Below are positions 51,878 to 61,648 of a stretch of DNA of 64,000 bases, piece by piece. Location: assembly GCA_965207375.1 (NCBI GenBank), contig OZ242274.1, positions 320,001 to 384,000 on the forward strand, written 5' to 3'. The position numbers and the translations under genes were made by a program. The stretch's first letter is position 1, and each line of letters opens with the position of its first letter. The notes under the pieces were generated by a model. The model made no database searches and was not told the DNA's origin. It saw only the letters and a program-made list of their open reading frames with translations. This DNA comes from Nitrosopumilaceae archaeon. Its GTDB lineage: Archaea; Thermoproteota; Nitrososphaeria; Nitrososphaerales; Nitrosopumilaceae.

Positions 51878-52483
51878 CTAGTTTTGAACCTGAACCTTTG
51901 CCTGCTCGTATTTTTCTATAATGGCTGAAAGTACGGTAGATACAGGAATGTCATTCATCTTTTTCTTTTCTGCAAGTAATTTTTGATATGCATCTAGCGT
52001 TATGTATACAGGAATCGAGCCGTTTCCCTCAAGCAGACCTCTTACCTTATACAGGGCAGTTTCCATTCCCTTTTCTGCAGATTTTGCAAACTTTGCCTTG
52101 TCCATAATTGCACCTAATGGCCCAAAGGGCATCTCATAGTGAACTGTCATAGTAACTCTGGTCAGATTATCTCCCAAAGATTTGAATTCATTTATGATTT
52201 GCCATTTTTTAAACGGCCCGTCTATCTGTACTGCACTGATTTTTTCCTCTCTGATAAATTCAGTTGTTTCACAGTCCCACTCTAGTCTTTTGCCGCCAAA
52301 GTCGCTGATAATTCTAAACGTAGTTCCAACGCCCATGCCCTCTTTGATATCCATCGGAATAACAGTCATGCCTACTCCCTTGTCGGCCATCTGATCAGAT
52401 ACGTGTTCTGGTCGTGCAAAATATGTAAAGACCGTATCAACAGGAGTTTTAATATCGATTGATTTGCTTACTACAGTCAACAT
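51878..52483 (-). CDS. SRPBCC/polyketide cyclase family protein
   Basis: SIDIKTPVDTVF, QIDGPFKKW, YEMPFGPLG; likely ATG at 52483. Confidence 0.8.
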   Translation of the reverse strand: MLTVVSKSIDIKTPVDTVFTYFARPEHVSDQMADKGVGMTVIPMDIKEGMGVGTTFRIISDFGGKRLEWDCETTEFIREEKISAVQIDGPFKKWQIINEFKSLGDNLTRVTMTVHYEMPFGPLGAIMDKAKFAKSAEKGMETALYKVRGLLEGNGSIPVYITLDAYQKLLAEKKKMNDIPVSTVLSAIIEKYEQAKVQVQN

Positions 52484-52569
52484 TTGTGGTTCTTGCCGGT
52501 GAGGATTTAAAGGTTTTGACAATTTTTGAGAAAATAATTCCGTTGTAATATATTTATCAAGATCGCAAC

Positions 52570-53094
52570 ATGTATGAGTTGGAAAAAATTGCAACAGGTT
52601 CTTTGGTTTTGTTTATTATACTTGCAAGCATTACAGTACCGATGGCTGACGCCCACTCTTTATTTAATTCAGCAGAACAGAGTATAGGAAATCACCGCAT
52701 GCAAATTGCGACCCTGCCAGAATTTCCACAGGTTGGAGAAAAATCACAAATTCTATTTAGATTCACAGACGAGAATTTAAACGAGGTTGACCAATTCACA
52801 ATGGGAATCAGAGTGGAACAAAACGAAAAAAGAATACAAACATTTCAGCCCCAATTGATTGAGGACGGACACTGGGAGATGGACTATGTTTTTGAGAACA
52901 GTGGAAATCATGTTTTCAGAGTGGATGTATATAATTTGGGCAAAAATGGAATTTTAACATATACGTTTAACATGAGTACACAAAGCCCATTTGGATACGT
53001 CTTCTTTTTTGCAATTACTATAGGTGCAGTCATGTTTGCAATAGTTATAGGATACATTTACCTGCCAAAACTAAGGACTAGATTTCAGTCTTAA
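52570..53094 (+). CDS. Exported membrane-anchored hypothetical protein
   Basis: Signal peptide ending ADA-H; C-terminal TM; next to oxidase genes. Confidence 0.6.
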   Translation: MYELEKIATGSLVLFIILASITVPMADAHSLFNSAEQSIGNHRMQIATLPEFPQVGEKSQILFRFTDENLNEVDQFTMGIRVEQNEKRIQTFQPQLIEDGHWEMDYVFENSGNHVFRVDVYNLGKNGILTYTFNMSTQSPFGYVFFFAITIGAVMFAIVIGYIYLPKLRTRFQS

Positions 53095-53521
53095 TTGTCC
53101 GCTTATCGAGCCTAAATGCAAATATTGTTGTCAACAAAACCATTGCAAACAACAGTATTCCAATTCCAAGATGAATTGCGACCAAAACTGCATGCAGTTT
53201 AAGATCAATTACTAGTGCGCCCAATGTAATTTGGGTGACGACTAGTACGGATGCTAGGGTGCTAGTGACTCGGATTTTGACCTCAGAATTCTTTAAAATC
53301 CAGCTTCCAACCGTAGTAGCTAAAACCAGCACTCCAGTAGAGGCTGCAACTACTCTATGAATATACTCTATGAGATACTCTTTGCTTGGAAGTAGTCCGT
53401 CTGGACACAGTGGCCAGTCAGGACAGGTCAGGCCAAGTCCTGCAGCAGAAACATAGCCTCCAACAAACATCAGCGAGTATAAAACGATTAATGTGGATAA
53501 TGCGACATATTTGAGAGCCAA
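53078..53521 (-). CDS. ctaA: Short heme A synthase (COX15/CtaA family)
   Basis: GLTCPDWPLC, EYIHR, QITLGA, AIH. Confidence 0.85.
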   Translation of the reverse strand: MALKYVALSTLIVLYSLMFVGGYVSAAGLGLTCPDWPLCPDGLLPSKEYLIEYIHRVVAASTGVLVLATTVGSWILKNSEVKIRVTSTLASVLVVTQITLGALVIDLKLHAVLVAIHLGIGILLFAMVLLTTIFAFRLDKRTIKTEI

Positions 53522-53523
53522 TA

Positions 53524-54471
53524 TTACTCTACAATAAACGAGCCTACCATGCCCTGTATCGCATGTCCTGGAACAGTACAGATATAATGATACTTTCCTG
53601 GTGCACCTGCAGTAAAGGTAGTACTTGCAGATTCGCCCGGCTTTAACGGATTTGACATTGAGGCAATTTCAGAGCCCCACAATGAGTTGCCAAAATCTGC
53701 CGGATCTGCAGTTATTCCAAATGAGTGAAATGATTTTCCAACATTTGTGGCAGTAAATGTTACCTCATCGCCGGAATTGACCGTAAAGTCAGGATTGTGA
53801 TTTTCTCCCTCTAATGCGTTAAATGCTAGTTTTGTAAGATCGTCTGATTCCACAAAGTCTACTGCAAAGTCATGACTTATGCCTGTTGGTGCTGCAGCCT
53901 CTCCTGAAGGCTCTGCCTCGCCCACAATAATTGTACCTACCATTCCCTGTATCCTGTGTCCTGGTACAGTACAGATGTAATAGTATTGGCCCGCCTCTGT
54001 TGGAACAAATGTTGAAGTGCCGCTTTGGCCTGGCTTTAACGGATTTGACATTGAGGCAATTTCAGAGCCTGAAATAATTCCCTCATAGCCTTGCTCATCT
54101 TGTGTTACACCAAATGAATGAAATGATACTCCATCATTGACTACATCAAATACTAGCTCATCTCCGACATTTGCCTCAAGTGTAGGATTGCTACCGTCCT
54201 CTCCTGGTAACGCATTAAATGCAAGCGTTACAAAGTCAGAGGATTCCACAAATGATAGTGAGACATCAATTGTCTCACCTGTTGCCTGAGCTGGAGCAGA
54301 TACCTGATCATTTGTTGCACCTGTAACGACTGGAGGTAGCTCAGATATCCAGTAATCCCACAGTCCAAAGAAAATTGCGCCGCCAACAATGCAGATTCCA
54401 AGCATGATGGCCATCATTTTGCCTACCCTTGCAGGACTTGTTCTGTAAATTGGTTCGTGGTGTTGGCTCAT
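53524..54471 (-). CDS. Membrane-anchored two-domain blue copper protein
   Basis: Two HSFG...YICTVPGH..QGM cupredoxin sites. Confidence 0.88.
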   Translation of the reverse strand: MSQHHEPIYRTSPARVGKMMAIMLGICIVGGAIFFGLWDYWISELPPVVTGATNDQVSAPAQATGETIDVSLSFVESSDFVTLAFNALPGEDGSNPTLEANVGDELVFDVVNDGVSFHSFGVTQDEQGYEGIISGSEIASMSNPLKPGQSGTSTFVPTEAGQYYYICTVPGHRIQGMVGTIIVGEAEPSGEAAAPTGISHDFAVDFVESDDLTKLAFNALEGENHNPDFTVNSGDEVTFTATNVGKSFHSFGITADPADFGNSLWGSEIASMSNPLKPGESASTTFTAGAPGKYHYICTVPGHAIQGMVGSFIVE

Positions 54472-54483
54472 CTTCTTTTTCTC

Positions 54484-56010
54484 CTAGTGATGCGGGTTTT
54501 TGGATTGATACGGATAATAGTATTTTCCTCCTAGTCCGAATGGATCCTCCATGTTGGCAGGCTTTCCCTTGGCAGAACTGTATATCAAGTTTGCAAGGAA
54601 TATTGCCATGCTGATTCCAATTAACATTGCACCTATTGTTGCTATTTGGTTCATTGCAATCCATTCTGGGATTGGCGGATAGTCGTAAATTCTTCTTGGC
54701 ATTCCAAACAGGCCAAGAACGTGTTGAGTGAAAAATACCATAACGGTTCCAATAAATGAGAGAATAAAGTGCACATAGCCGAGTTTTTCTTTGTACATTC
54801 TTCCGGTAACATATGGGAACATGTAATAGACATATCCTATAGAACCAAACGCTATAGTTCCCATTACAAACAGATGAAAGTGTCCAACCACCCAATAGGT
54901 GTCATGTGTTGTAAAGTCCAATGGCATTGCACTGTTAACTACGCCTCCGGCGCCTGCAGAGAAGAACAAGGCAATTCCTCCAACTGCCCACATCATCGGA
55001 GTGGCAAAGCGAATTCTGCCGTTCCACATTGTAGCCAAAAAGTTAAAGACGTGCATTGCAGATGCAGGAACCGCTGCTAGTGTTCCCACCATAAATACGG
55101 TCTTTTCGGTAAATGACATGCCGGTTGCATACATGTGGTGTGCCCATGATGAGAATCCCACAATGGAAAGCAGCACAAATGCAAAGATGCCAGAGCTGTT
55201 GCTGTAAATGGGTTTTCTTGAGAATCTTGGAATGATTTCATACATCATTCCGATTGCAGGAATTACAAGTACGTATACTTCGGGATGGAATGTAAACCAG
55301 AACAGATGGGCATATGCAATTGGATCTCCCCCCATTGCAGGATTGAAGAATCCAGATACACCTAGTCTGTCAGTAAGCAGCATAAGCAGGGCCGCTGCAA
55401 ATGTTGGGATAGCAACAAGAATAATCAAAGATGAGGAAAGAAATGACCATGCAAGTAGCGGGACCTGTCCTAATGACATGTCAGGATGCTTGCATTTCAT
55501 AATAGTTACTACAAAATTAATGGCGCCCAAGACAGAGGATATACCTAAAATCTTTAGTCCAAATATCCACATGTCTGCTGCCGGACCCGGTGCGCTTATA
55601 ATAGAATAGGGAGGAGTAGCATACCACGTAAAGTCTGCAAAGCCCAGCCAAATGAGGGCACCTGCGGGTGGAATCATCCAAAATGCAATTGCATTAAGCT
55701 TTGGATATGCCATATCCTTGTATCTTACCATGATTGGAACAAAATAGTTGCCAACTGCAGAAGCAAACGGTATGATAAACAAAAAGATCAAAGTGGTGCC
55801 GTGAACTGTGAAAATTCGGTTAAAGGTCATTGAATCTGCAATAAATTGTGAACCAGGCAGGAACAGTTCCAACCTAATTGCAAGTGCTAATGAGCCACCT
55901 AAGAACAAAAATGCCAGTGATGAAATCAGATAAAGCAGGCCTACATCAGTGTGGTGAGTTGAAAACATTATTTGCCAAACAGGTCTTGGCTTTTGCAACT
56001 CTAAAACCAT
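54484..56010 (-). CDS. coxA: Heme-copper oxidase subunit I
   Basis: TVHG, WFTFHPEVY, WAHHMY, VVGHFH, GMPRR. Confidence 0.97.
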   Translation of the reverse strand: MVLELQKPRPVWQIMFSTHHTDVGLLYLISSLAFLFLGGSLALAIRLELFLPGSQFIADSMTFNRIFTVHGTTLIFLFIIPFASAVGNYFVPIMVRYKDMAYPKLNAIAFWMIPPAGALIWLGFADFTWYATPPYSIISAPGPAADMWIFGLKILGISSVLGAINFVVTIMKCKHPDMSLGQVPLLAWSFLSSSLIILVAIPTFAAALLMLLTDRLGVSGFFNPAMGGDPIAYAHLFWFTFHPEVYVLVIPAIGMMYEIIPRFSRKPIYSNSSGIFAFVLLSIVGFSSWAHHMYATGMSFTEKTVFMVGTLAAVPASAMHVFNFLATMWNGRIRFATPMMWAVGGIALFFSAGAGGVVNSAMPLDFTTHDTYWVVGHFHLFVMGTIAFGSIGYVYYMFPYVTGRMYKEKLGYVHFILSFIGTVMVFFTQHVLGLFGMPRRIYDYPPIPEWIAMNQIATIGAMLIGISMAIFLANLIYSSAKGKPANMEDPFGLGGKYYYPYQSKNPHH

Positions 56011-56059
56011 TTCAATACTCCTCTAGACTGCAAACTCAAATGTCTGCTTAAAATTGTTA

Positions 56060-56491
56060 TCATGCTACAGGATCCTCCACAATTAATTTTCCACGCATGT
56101 TATAATGAATCAGACCACAGTATTCCCTGCATTGAATATCATGTGTACCTGCCTCGTCTGGAGCAAACCAGACAATATTTGTTCGTCCCGGTACTGCATC
56201 CATCAAAACTACATAGTCATGAATGTTAAACGAATGAATTACATCTGTGGATGTTATCTCAAACTTGTAGGCCTTTCCCGTCTCCACATGAAGCTCACCT
56301 AGCTCCGTTGTGCCGTCTTCGTGTTCAAAGGTCCAGTACCATTGTTGTCCTACAACCTTGATTGTTTTTGCATCTTCTGGTACGTGTTCGACCAGTCTTT
56401 CTGCCTCCCATGCCTCGGCCCCTACCCAGCAAAGAATTGCAATTACTATACCAATGTATACCCATTCAGGCCAATTAGAATGTCCGCCCAT
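56060..56491 (-). CDS. coxB: Heme-copper oxidase subunit II (CuA domain)
   Basis: GQQWYW, DVIHSF, DAVPGR, CREYCGLIHYNM. Confidence 0.93.
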   Translation of the reverse strand: MGGHSNWPEWVYIGIVIAILCWVGAEAWEAERLVEHVPEDAKTIKVVGQQWYWTFEHEDGTTELGELHVETGKAYKFEITSTDVIHSFNIHDYVVLMDAVPGRTNIVWFAPDEAGTHDIQCREYCGLIHYNMRGKLIVEDPVA

Positions 56492-56493
56492 TT

Positions 56494-56754
56494 CTACCAG
56501 TCCTTACCCTCGTATTCTGTTGGCTTTGCCTTTGGATGAGATTCCCTGAACCTCCAAATCTGCCATACCATTGTACCTGACACTATGGCACCCACAGTAA
56601 AGGCAACTGTCATCATTTTAAAGAATAAATTCCAAATAATTACACGGCGATCAAGATACTCACCTGGCGTATCTCCTGCAGCAAATGCCATTTCTACGGA
56701 TGGCACTATTATCAATACTGTCAACACTAGAAATAATATAACTATGCGCCTCAT
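56494..56754 (-). CDS. Small membrane protein, probable detached N-terminal part of subunit II
   Basis: Signal peptide and one TM ending IWRFR; 2 bp from the coxB start. Confidence 0.55.
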   Translation of the reverse strand: MRRIVILFLVLTVLIIVPSVEMAFAAGDTPGEYLDRRVIIWNLFFKMMTVAFTVGAIVSGTMVWQIWRFRESHPKAKPTEYEGKDW

Positions 56755-56809
56755 GACGGTTAATTTGTCGTGGCCTAGAAATTCTATTTAAGGGTTTTGA
56801 ACATTTTTG

Positions 56810-57433
56810 CTACCAGGTCTGAGCAAATCTTGATGGATGCATCAGATTAATTGCAGAGCAAGAAATCTGTCCATCTAGTTCTCTGAAAATATTTAGTGAG
56901 GCATTGGCAATAATTAGTTCAAAAAGTATCTTCGGACTAGGATCCATAACTGTCGAAAGCATTGCCTTGATGGGATCCATGTGTGTGACTAGAACAACAT
57001 TTTGGCCGGAATGTTTTTTGACAACATGACTCACGATATCGTCTACTCTTGATTTTACCTGAAAAAAGGTCTCTACACCCCGGTCTGCAATCTCTTGGCT
57101 TCCTTGATAAAATTTCAAAAATACATTGTCATATTTGGAAAAAATATCATCATATGCCATGCCGGTAAAATTTCCCATTTCTAGTTCGACTAGTCGGTCA
57201 TCAACTGTATAGTCTATAGAATTGTGTTTGGCAGCTATTTGTGCAGTCTCTGTTGCCCGCTCAATCGGACTAGAATAAATTGCAGAGACATCAAGATGCT
57301 CTAGGAATTCTGCTGCCTGCTGGGCCTGTTGTTTTCCGGTATCAGTCAGGTGCACCCCAGAGCTTCGCCCCGCAAGGATTCGTTGTGTGTTGTTTGTAGC
57401 TTGGCCGTGGCGTAGGAAGATTATAGATCCCAA
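56810..57433 (-). CDS. Histidine phosphatase (phosphoglycerate mutase family)
   Basis: FLRHG, YSSP..RA.ETA, RL.E, VTH; likely TTG start at 57433. Confidence 0.85.
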   Translation of the reverse strand: MGSIIFLRHGQATNNTQRILAGRSSGVHLTDTGKQQAQQAAEFLEHLDVSAIYSSPIERATETAQIAAKHNSIDYTVDDRLVELEMGNFTGMAYDDIFSKYDNVFLKFYQGSQEIADRGVETFFQVKSRVDDIVSHVVKKHSGQNVVLVTHMDPIKAMLSTVMDPSPKILFELIIANASLNIFRELDGQISCSAINLMHPSRFAQTW

Positions 57434-57485
57434 TTTGTTTGTAAAGTCAAATAGAGATAATAATAACATTGTCAGGACATATTCT

Positions 57486-58154
57486 ATGAAGATAGGAATT
57501 ATTGGCGGTACAGGTGGAATGGGAAAGGGATTTTCTCTCAGATGGTGCAAGAACCACGATATTATGATAGGCTCTAGAGAGGCTGCAAGGGCCTCTGCTG
57601 CAGCACAGCAGTACGCAGATTTGGCAAAAGATGCGTTTGGTACAATCGGCGGTACCGTAACAGGCAGCGATAACGCCTCTGTTGCAAAACAAAGTGACGT
57701 ATTGGTTTTGTCAATAGGCTATGAAAACATTGATTCAACATGCTCAGAGTTGTTACCTTTGATTGGCAATGACTGTGTTGTGGTATCTCCAATTGTGCCC
57801 ATGACAAAAACGGATGTAGGTTTTGAATTTATTCCATTAAAGGAGGCAAAGCCATTTTCACATCAGCTTGTAGAAAAATACATGAAAAACAGATCAAAGC
57901 TGGTCTCTGCGTTTCATGTAATTTCTGAAAAAAAGCTTGCAAATCCAGAGTTGACATTAGATTATGACATCTTTGTTTGTGGAGACGCAGAGGCAGTAGA
58001 GACAGTAAACGGACTAGTCAATGAAATCAGTGGTTTGCGTCCTGTTTACTTGGGTCCTGGTTCACTAGCATACATGGCAGAGATTGCAACCCCGTTGCTG
58101 CTAAATGCCATGATAAGAAACAAGATGAAAAATCCAGGTATCAAGCTAGTCTAA
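57486..58154 (+). CDS. npdG: NADPH-dependent F420 reductase
   Basis: MKIGIIGGTGGMG, IGSR, VSAFH. Confidence 0.85.
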   Translation: MKIGIIGGTGGMGKGFSLRWCKNHDIMIGSREAARASAAAQQYADLAKDAFGTIGGTVTGSDNASVAKQSDVLVLSIGYENIDSTCSELLPLIGNDCVVVSPIVPMTKTDVGFEFIPLKEAKPFSHQLVEKYMKNRSKLVSAFHVISEKKLANPELTLDYDIFVCGDAEAVETVNGLVNEISGLRPVYLGPGSLAYMAEIATPLLLNAMIRNKMKNPGIKLV

Positions 58155-58156
58155 AA

Positions 58157-58387
58157 ATGAGCAGACAGGATAATCGCCGTGGTAGAAATTGGTTTACCGC
58201 CATGGGGGCAATGTTTCTCATTATGGCTACAATTGTATTTGTAAGACAGCTGTTTTTATGGGGCCCTGATTTTGTCTTGGATTTTTTAATTAATGCAGAA
58301 TTTACAAATGAGAAAATCTCTGCTGCAATGATGATTTTTGGCAGCATTATGATAACAAAAGGATTGTTAAAAAATGATAACAGATGA
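58157..58387 (+). CDS. Small membrane hypothetical protein
   Basis: Two TM segments; operonic spacing. Confidence 0.55.
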   Translation: MSRQDNRRGRNWFTAMGAMFLIMATIVFVRQLFLWGPDFVLDFLINAEFTNEKISAAMMIFGSIMITKGLLKNDNR

Positions 58388-58772
58388 GTTTGTAAAGAGT
58401 CAAAAGATCTTGCATTTGACAACGATTAATCCAAAAGGAATTCCGCACATAGTTCCGGTTTGGTACCTGTATAGTGCAAAAAAATTCTACATAGGTACAA
58501 ACACTAAAACGGTAAAGGCAAGGAACCTACAGCACAATAACAGGGTGGCATTTTGTATAGATACCGGAATCAATGCGCCTGACATTTATGGAATTACAGG
58601 AGACGGTACTGCAAAATTAATTTTAGAGCAAAAGCAGGTAAGAAAAATTGCAGTAAAGATACTATGCCGATATTTTAAAACAATTGCAGACAGCTCAGCG
58701 CAAGAGCTGCTAGATGATACAGATTGCATCATAGAAATTTTGCCAAACAAGACTGCAAAGTGGCATTATTGA
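58374..58772 (+). CDS. Pyridoxamine 5'-phosphate oxidase-like (PPOX/F420-binding) protein
   Basis: LTT....G.PHIVPVWY, K.RNL..N.RVAFCID. Confidence 0.82.
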   Translation: MITDEFVKSQKILHLTTINPKGIPHIVPVWYLYSAKKFYIGTNTKTVKARNLQHNNRVAFCIDTGINAPDIYGITGDGTAKLILEQKQVRKIAVKILCRYFKTIADSSAQELLDDTDCIIEILPNKTAKWHY

Positions 58773-59941
58773 TGCATAAAGTCTTCAATTTTATCCAAGA
58801 CAGATTCCAAGACTGAGATTTCAGGCAAAAAAACCAGCCGAAAGTGACCGCGTCCATAGGCCTGCCCAAAGCCTGAACCGTGTACTACAAGTACACCTTT
58901 TGATTCTAATAGTTTCAAAACAAATTCCTGATCATCTGCATATGGATTAGTATCAATTTTTGGAAATGCATAAAATGCACCTCGGGGAAGGGGGCATGAT
59001 AATCCTGGAATTTCATTTAATCTCTTGACTACTAGATCGCGTCTTTGTTTTAATTCATTGACAAACCTGCTTATATAGTCCTGTGGTCCGCGCAAGGATT
59101 CCAATGCGGCGTGCTGTACGGGCAGGTTAGTAGCAATACGTACTCTGGCCAATTTTGGCAGATGCTGTTTTAGTGGCTCAAGCTTTTGAGATTGATTAAA
59201 TGCAATATAGCCGATTCGCCAGCCCGTCATCAGGTGTACCTTAGAAAAGCCGTTTAGGACTATTACCGGCGAGTCACTAGATACCTTTCCTATTCCAAAG
59301 AATTTCTCGTCATAAATTATCTGATCATAGATTTCATCACATATTACATACAAGTTGTGTTCGTTGGCAACATCGATTAAATCCTTTAATGCTTTTTCGT
59401 TAAACACGACACCGGTAGGGTTGTTTGGACTGATTAAACAGATTGCAACGGTTTTTGATGTTATTTTTGAGCGAATATCGTCTAGGTCAGGGGTGGAATT
59501 ATCCAAATCCACTCCAAACTCAACTGCAATACCTCCATGCAGGCGAATATAAGATGCATATGGTGGATAATATGGTCCGGGCAGCAACACCTCATCACCG
59601 TCTTCTACAATTGAGGCAATTATCATCTCAAGTGCTTCAGAGACGCCGTTTGTAACTAGTACATCGTTGCCAGAAATTGAGAATCCCTTGTGATTTTCTT
59701 TCTCAGCTATGGCCTGCTGTAGTTCAGGCAGTCCCTCTGACTGGGAATAATAATTATGATTGTTTTTAACGGCATTGATCAGGGCGTTTTTTACATTATC
59801 AGGAGGTTGGAATCCGTATTGAACCGGATCACCGATGTTTAGATAATCCACATGTTTTCCCCGTGCCTCTAATTTTCTAGCAGCTGTTACAATGTCTCTA
59901 ATTGCGTATTCAACGCCTGCAACCTTTTTTGAAATTTTCAA
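58766..59941 (-). CDS. Class I/II PLP-dependent aminotransferase (alanine aminotransferase-like)
   Basis: YAIRD, LNIGDP, PNNPTG, DEIY, GFSK...TGWRIG; likely TTG start at 59941. Confidence 0.9.
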   Translation of the reverse strand: MKISKKVAGVEYAIRDIVTAARKLEARGKHVDYLNIGDPVQYGFQPPDNVKNALINAVKNNHNYYSQSEGLPELQQAIAEKENHKGFSISGNDVLVTNGVSEALEMIIASIVEDGDEVLLPGPYYPPYASYIRLHGGIAVEFGVDLDNSTPDLDDIRSKITSKTVAICLISPNNPTGVVFNEKALKDLIDVANEHNLYVICDEIYDQIIYDEKFFGIGKVSSDSPVIVLNGFSKVHLMTGWRIGYIAFNQSQKLEPLKQHLPKLARVRIATNLPVQHAALESLRGPQDYISRFVNELKQRRDLVVKRLNEIPGLSCPLPRGAFYAFPKIDTNPYADDQEFVLKLLESKGVLVVHGSGFGQAYGRGHFRLVFLPEISVLESVLDKIEDFMHQ

Positions 59942-59985
59942 TGTATCTAGACAGATATTTAGGTCTGTTAAATTCCTACTTGTTT

Positions 59986-60060
59986 GGACTCGTTGCACAG
60001 TCTGGATAGTGCAGGCGGCTTCGGACCGCCAGGTCGAGGGATCGAAGCCCTCCGAGCCCT
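59986..60060 (+). tRNA. tRNA-Arg(TCG)
   Basis: GGCGG-CTTCGGA-CCGCC anticodon arm; T arm GAGGG-ATCGAAG-CCCTC; one acceptor mismatch. Confidence 0.85.
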
Positions 60061-60091
60061 TTTGCTCAAATTTGTTTTGGCATGAGTATTA

Positions 60092-60583
60092 ATGGCTCAA
60101 ATTATTGCTCAAACTATGAATTTGTCGCTTTTTTGGATTGGCGTACTTTTTACTATATCAGGAATTAGTGCAAGCGCATATTTTTTTGTTGATGCCGAAA
60201 AAACAAGCGAGCCGTTTGCACTAGATACGGCACAGACAAAATCCATCAAAAAGGTTTTGTCAAGCCAGGATATTGGCTTTTTTAAAACGTATACACCTGA
60301 CTTTGAGGGAGGTGCAGTTTTTGTTCAAATAGCGGATCAATATGGAAACATAATTGCAGATAAAAAAATCCAGACAAAAATGGCAATAAATTATTTTGAT
60401 ATTGATAAAAGCGGCACATATACTGTAAAGGCCACAAATTTATCTCAAAATTCAATATACTTTGAGCTTGAGTTTGGCCAGACAAACTCCCAGCAAATTA
60501 TGTATCCGGCAATAGTCATTGTTGCAGGAATGATTCTAGTGATAGTTTCTTCCTATAGGAAACTACAGTACAGCACAGCCTGA
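60092..60583 (+). CDS. Membrane hypothetical protein
   Basis: N- and C-terminal TM helices around a beta-rich domain. Confidence 0.55.
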   Translation: MAQIIAQTMNLSLFWIGVLFTISGISASAYFFVDAEKTSEPFALDTAQTKSIKKVLSSQDIGFFKTYTPDFEGGAVFVQIADQYGNIIADKKIQTKMAINYFDIDKSGTYTVKATNLSQNSIYFELEFGQTNSQQIMYPAIVIVAGMILVIVSSYRKLQYSTA

Positions 60584-61162
60584 TGAGAATATCGTGTAAA
60601 TTGGGATGCACATCAATGTTGCACCTAACAGCAGCATCAGATTAAATCCAAGCCATAGGGTGGCAGCAAGAAAGGACACTATGGAAAAAGGCAATAGGTT
60701 TTTTGCAGCGCCGTTTGGAATTTTTTTTAAAATTAAAAATCCTCCTAGTGACGCAAGAACTAGGCCCAATTCCAGTGGCTGATGAGACAGGGACAAAAGG
60801 CCGTCTATGCCAAATATATCATGAGATATAGAATCTGCAAATCCAGATACGATTTGCAATGCGGCACCGATAGCTAGGATTTTCACGCCCAGGCCAAATT
60901 TTTCAAGATCGCTGCTTTTTAAAACAACATATGAGGTCAATCCTGCAATTGCAGACATTGCAACGCCTGCATAAACAACTACGTGCTGTATGGTCCAAAA
61001 CAATTCAGGCTCATTGAGAATGTGTGAAACTGCATCCCAGACTCCTCCTGACAGTACAGTTATCGTGCCAAATACGGACAGCATCGATACTGTAACCATC
61101 AAAGGGTTTGTTTTTGCCGAGATGCTACGGGAGAATTTTTGCCTCATTTGCATTATTTTCAA
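60563..61162 (-). CDS. Polytopic membrane protein with two D-x3-H-x12-H motifs
   Basis: WDAVSHILNEPELFWTIQH and ADSISHDIFGIDGLLSLSH. Confidence 0.65.
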   Translation of the reverse strand: MKIMQMRQKFSRSISAKTNPLMVTVSMLSVFGTITVLSGGVWDAVSHILNEPELFWTIQHVVVYAGVAMSAIAGLTSYVVLKSSDLEKFGLGVKILAIGAALQIVSGFADSISHDIFGIDGLLSLSHQPLELGLVLASLGGFLILKKIPNGAAKNLLPFSIVSFLAATLWLGFNLMLLLGATLMCIPIYTIFSSGCAVL

Positions 61163-61320
61163 ACATTGTAAATTACAAGGTATTTTTCAAAGTAAGGAAT
61201 TGCAACTTTTTACTAGTTGTAAACAAATGATAACCACCTTATGAGGTATGGTGGAGGCAAAAATGTCGTATTCAAAGTGTAAGACTTTGCTATATATTAG
61301 ATGATTTTGAAAACATAGTC

Positions 61321-61563
61321 ATGAGTCCCGGAATAGGCCTGATGAAAAGACGTCTTGAAAAAGAAAAGGATGCAATTGCATTAGCAGTATCAGGCATTAC
61401 AAAAAAATACAATATAAAACCTAAAGAAATTTCAACGCTGGAAACAAGATACCATCAAGACGCAGGAGACTGGTATGTAGCATTAGGATGGGATGAAAAA
61501 AAGGCCATAGTCAAGATGGATTCGGTGCAGGGAACAATCACCGAGGTAAAAGAGATCCAATAG
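61321..61563 (+). CDS. Small conserved hypothetical protein
   Basis: 80-aa ORF with ATG and upstream TATA-like TATATATT. Confidence 0.6.
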   Translation: MSPGIGLMKRRLEKEKDAIALAVSGITKKYNIKPKEISTLETRYHQDAGDWYVALGWDEKKAIVKMDSVQGTITEVKEIQ

Positions 61564-61648
61564 GTCAGATAGGTGTTTGAAATTCTGTCACAGTTGGCAG
61601 AATCTTTTATCCATGAGTTTAATTATCAAGGGTTTCAACTAATACCTG

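Noticed and set aside
56060-56754. Split oxidase subunit II and lack of cytochrome c1 as novelty
   Set aside because: Consistent with the known copper-based respiratory chain of ammonia-oxidising archaea
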